From Trichosphaerium sp. ATCC 40318 (lineage: Eukaryota > Protista > Tubulinea): a stretch of DNA of 64,000 bases. Below, piece after piece: positions 62,192 to 64,000 of this stretch; the first letter of the stretch is position 1; each line of letters begins with the position of its first letter. The position numbers and the translations under genes are program-made. Location: assembly GCA_038496445.1 (NCBI GenBank), contig JALMLS010000304.1, positions 248,001-312,000 on the forward strand, in the 5' to 3' direction. Under the pieces are notes generated by a model. That model was not told the DNA's origin. It made no database searches and saw only the letters and a list, made by a program, of their open reading frames with translations.

Positions 62192-63982
62192 ATGGCGGCT
62201 CCGAGTACTGATGAAGCTAAAAGCGTAGAAAAAGATGATATTAACACAGTACTGATTATATACACCGGAGGTACGATAGGGATGGCGAGGAACGCAAACG
62301 TACGCTAGTCGTTGGTTTTATAACCGTAAACAAATTCGGTATATAATCTAAACTGTGTTATACGCTTTTAGGGCGCTCTAGCACCCAAACCGAATTACTT
62401 GGAACAGAAATTAGCTTCTTTGCCTCAGTTTCATGATCCAGCATACCCAAAGCTTACAACTCCTCTGACACGCTTTGGAAATCGCACAAGATACCAGTTG
62501 AAAGAGTATGATCAATTAATGGATTCTGCGACAAGTCAGTTTGACACTTGCCACAATGTCGTCTAAATTTGTTCGTAGTGGACATGGGAGATTGGCTGGT
62601 TATTGTTAATGACATCGCATCAAACTATGACAAATACGACGGTTTTGTGTGCGTAAACAATCTATAAACCATGTCATTAAATTCTCTATCTAGTGTGCTT
62701 CACGGGACAGATACTATGGCGTATACATCTTCGGCACTGTCGTTTTTCTTAGAGAATCTTTCCAAACCGGTTATTGTCACTGGCTCGCAAGTACCATTAG
62801 GCGTACGTACAACGTAATGTGACTTTATTAACGTTGCGCGTAGGAGGATCCGAATGATGCGACTGGCACGTGCTGTTTGAAATAAACTTAGTCAACTACA
62901 TTCTTTTTTTTCCAAAGTCAATAGACTTAGACTAACGTTATGTTTAGATAATTTACTGGCGTCAATAATCATTGCCGGTAACTTTAGCTTACCAGAGGTG
63001 ATGTTGTTTTTTAACAACAAATTACTCAGAGGCAATAGATGGTACAGCAATTGAATCGTACATGATGTAATTAACTTCTGCCTGTTAGTATTAAAGCAGA
63101 TGCTGCCGGGTATAACGCCTTTTCATCACCAAACTATACTACTCTTGGATCACTAGGTACTTAAAATTAATGTTAGCCTTTAACAATACGGCAGGCATAC
63201 GAATAGAGATAAACTGGGGCTACATTAGGTGAGTGTCACGTGCAAAATACTATCAAATTGTTTTGTGCTATTAGCTCACACTAAATCAAGGCCACCTCCA
63301 TCTTCAAATATGTCGTTAGTTGCTCACAATGAAGTATGTCGTAACGTTGGTGTATTGAAGATATTTCCGGGAATACCAGCAATGTAAATTTATTCAGTAC
63401 ACTGTATCCGTCTGCTAACTTTTGTATAGGATTATTAAGAATTTTTTGAGAGAGCCTTTACAAGGTAATTTTGCTGATAGTATCTTTTCACAATGTTCCA
63501 CTTATAATGCTATGAAGGTTGTGTCTTAGAGACGTTTGGTTCCGGAAATGCTCCTACTAACCGTAAAGACTTTTGTGATGCGTTAAAAGAAGCATGTGAT
63601 CGAGGTGTTATCATTGTATGTTTTTTGCTTGTTGTTTTTTTTAAAGAGTAAGTGATGTTTAGGTTGCAATTACACAATGTAGTAAAGGTTCTGTTAGCGC
63701 AACGTATGCTTCAGGTACTCAATTTTAGTTATTTGTAAGTTGTTCATCGCGTTCACAAACCAAAAGGATCTCTTCTTTATGAACAAGGGGTAATTTCTGG
63801 CGGAGATATGACAACTGAAGCTGCACTAACAAAACTCGCGTACGCTGTTAATACTAAATGCTAATGTTTTTGAGAAAGTAACATGTCATAGATACTTATG
63901 TGGTTGTGATTACTTAACAAACGATGAAATTAAACGCTACATGTCAATGAACATGAGAGGCGAACTTACAAATCGAGGTTAG
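62192..63982 (+). CDS. Type I (cytosolic) L-asparaginase, multi-exon; may continue past the window
   Basis: [64 protein letters not shown]. The TAG at 63980 could instead lie inside an intron. Confidence 0.92.
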
Positions 63983-64000
63983 ATTGGAAATTTTAGCTAT

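Noticed and set aside
1-64000. Alternative genetic code as a cause of the fragmented ORFs; also rRNA or CRISPR arrays
   Set aside because: Short GT/GC-AG introns explain the stops under the standard code. No rRNA-like sequence or repeat-spacer array was seen.

Overview
AT-rich (roughly 35% GC by eye), gene-dense eukaryotic DNA with many short (about 40-90 nt) spliceosomal introns. The organism is probably a free-living protist, possibly an amoebozoan (inference). About 25 genes were reconstructed by manual splicing. These include a DDX51/Dbp6 helicase, HSP20, an ADF-H protein, two tandem PARP14-like mono-ADP-ribosyltransferases, a DNRLRE surface protein, F-box-LRR, F-box-MORN and F-box-FIST proteins, a GOST 7TM protein and a divergent P-loop protein. 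Also present are a bacterial-type desaturase and methyltransferase, NBR1, a filamin-repeat protein, an STE20 kinase, a non-canonical J-protein, a giant alpha-2-macroglobulin-like protein, ABCG, RapGAP and L-asparaginase. The standout element is an apparently intact 3045-bp PIF/Harbinger-type DNA transposon (58956-62000). It has perfect 19-bp TIRs, a DDE transposase, a partner gene with a Myb-like plus SAM architecture, and subterminal arrays of perfect heat-shock-element pentamers next to the asparaginase promoter. Other notable signals are an approximately 10-fold excess of CACGTG and frequent GC-AG introns with GCACGT donors. All domain calls come from motif recognition, not database searches, and exon boundaries are manual estimates.
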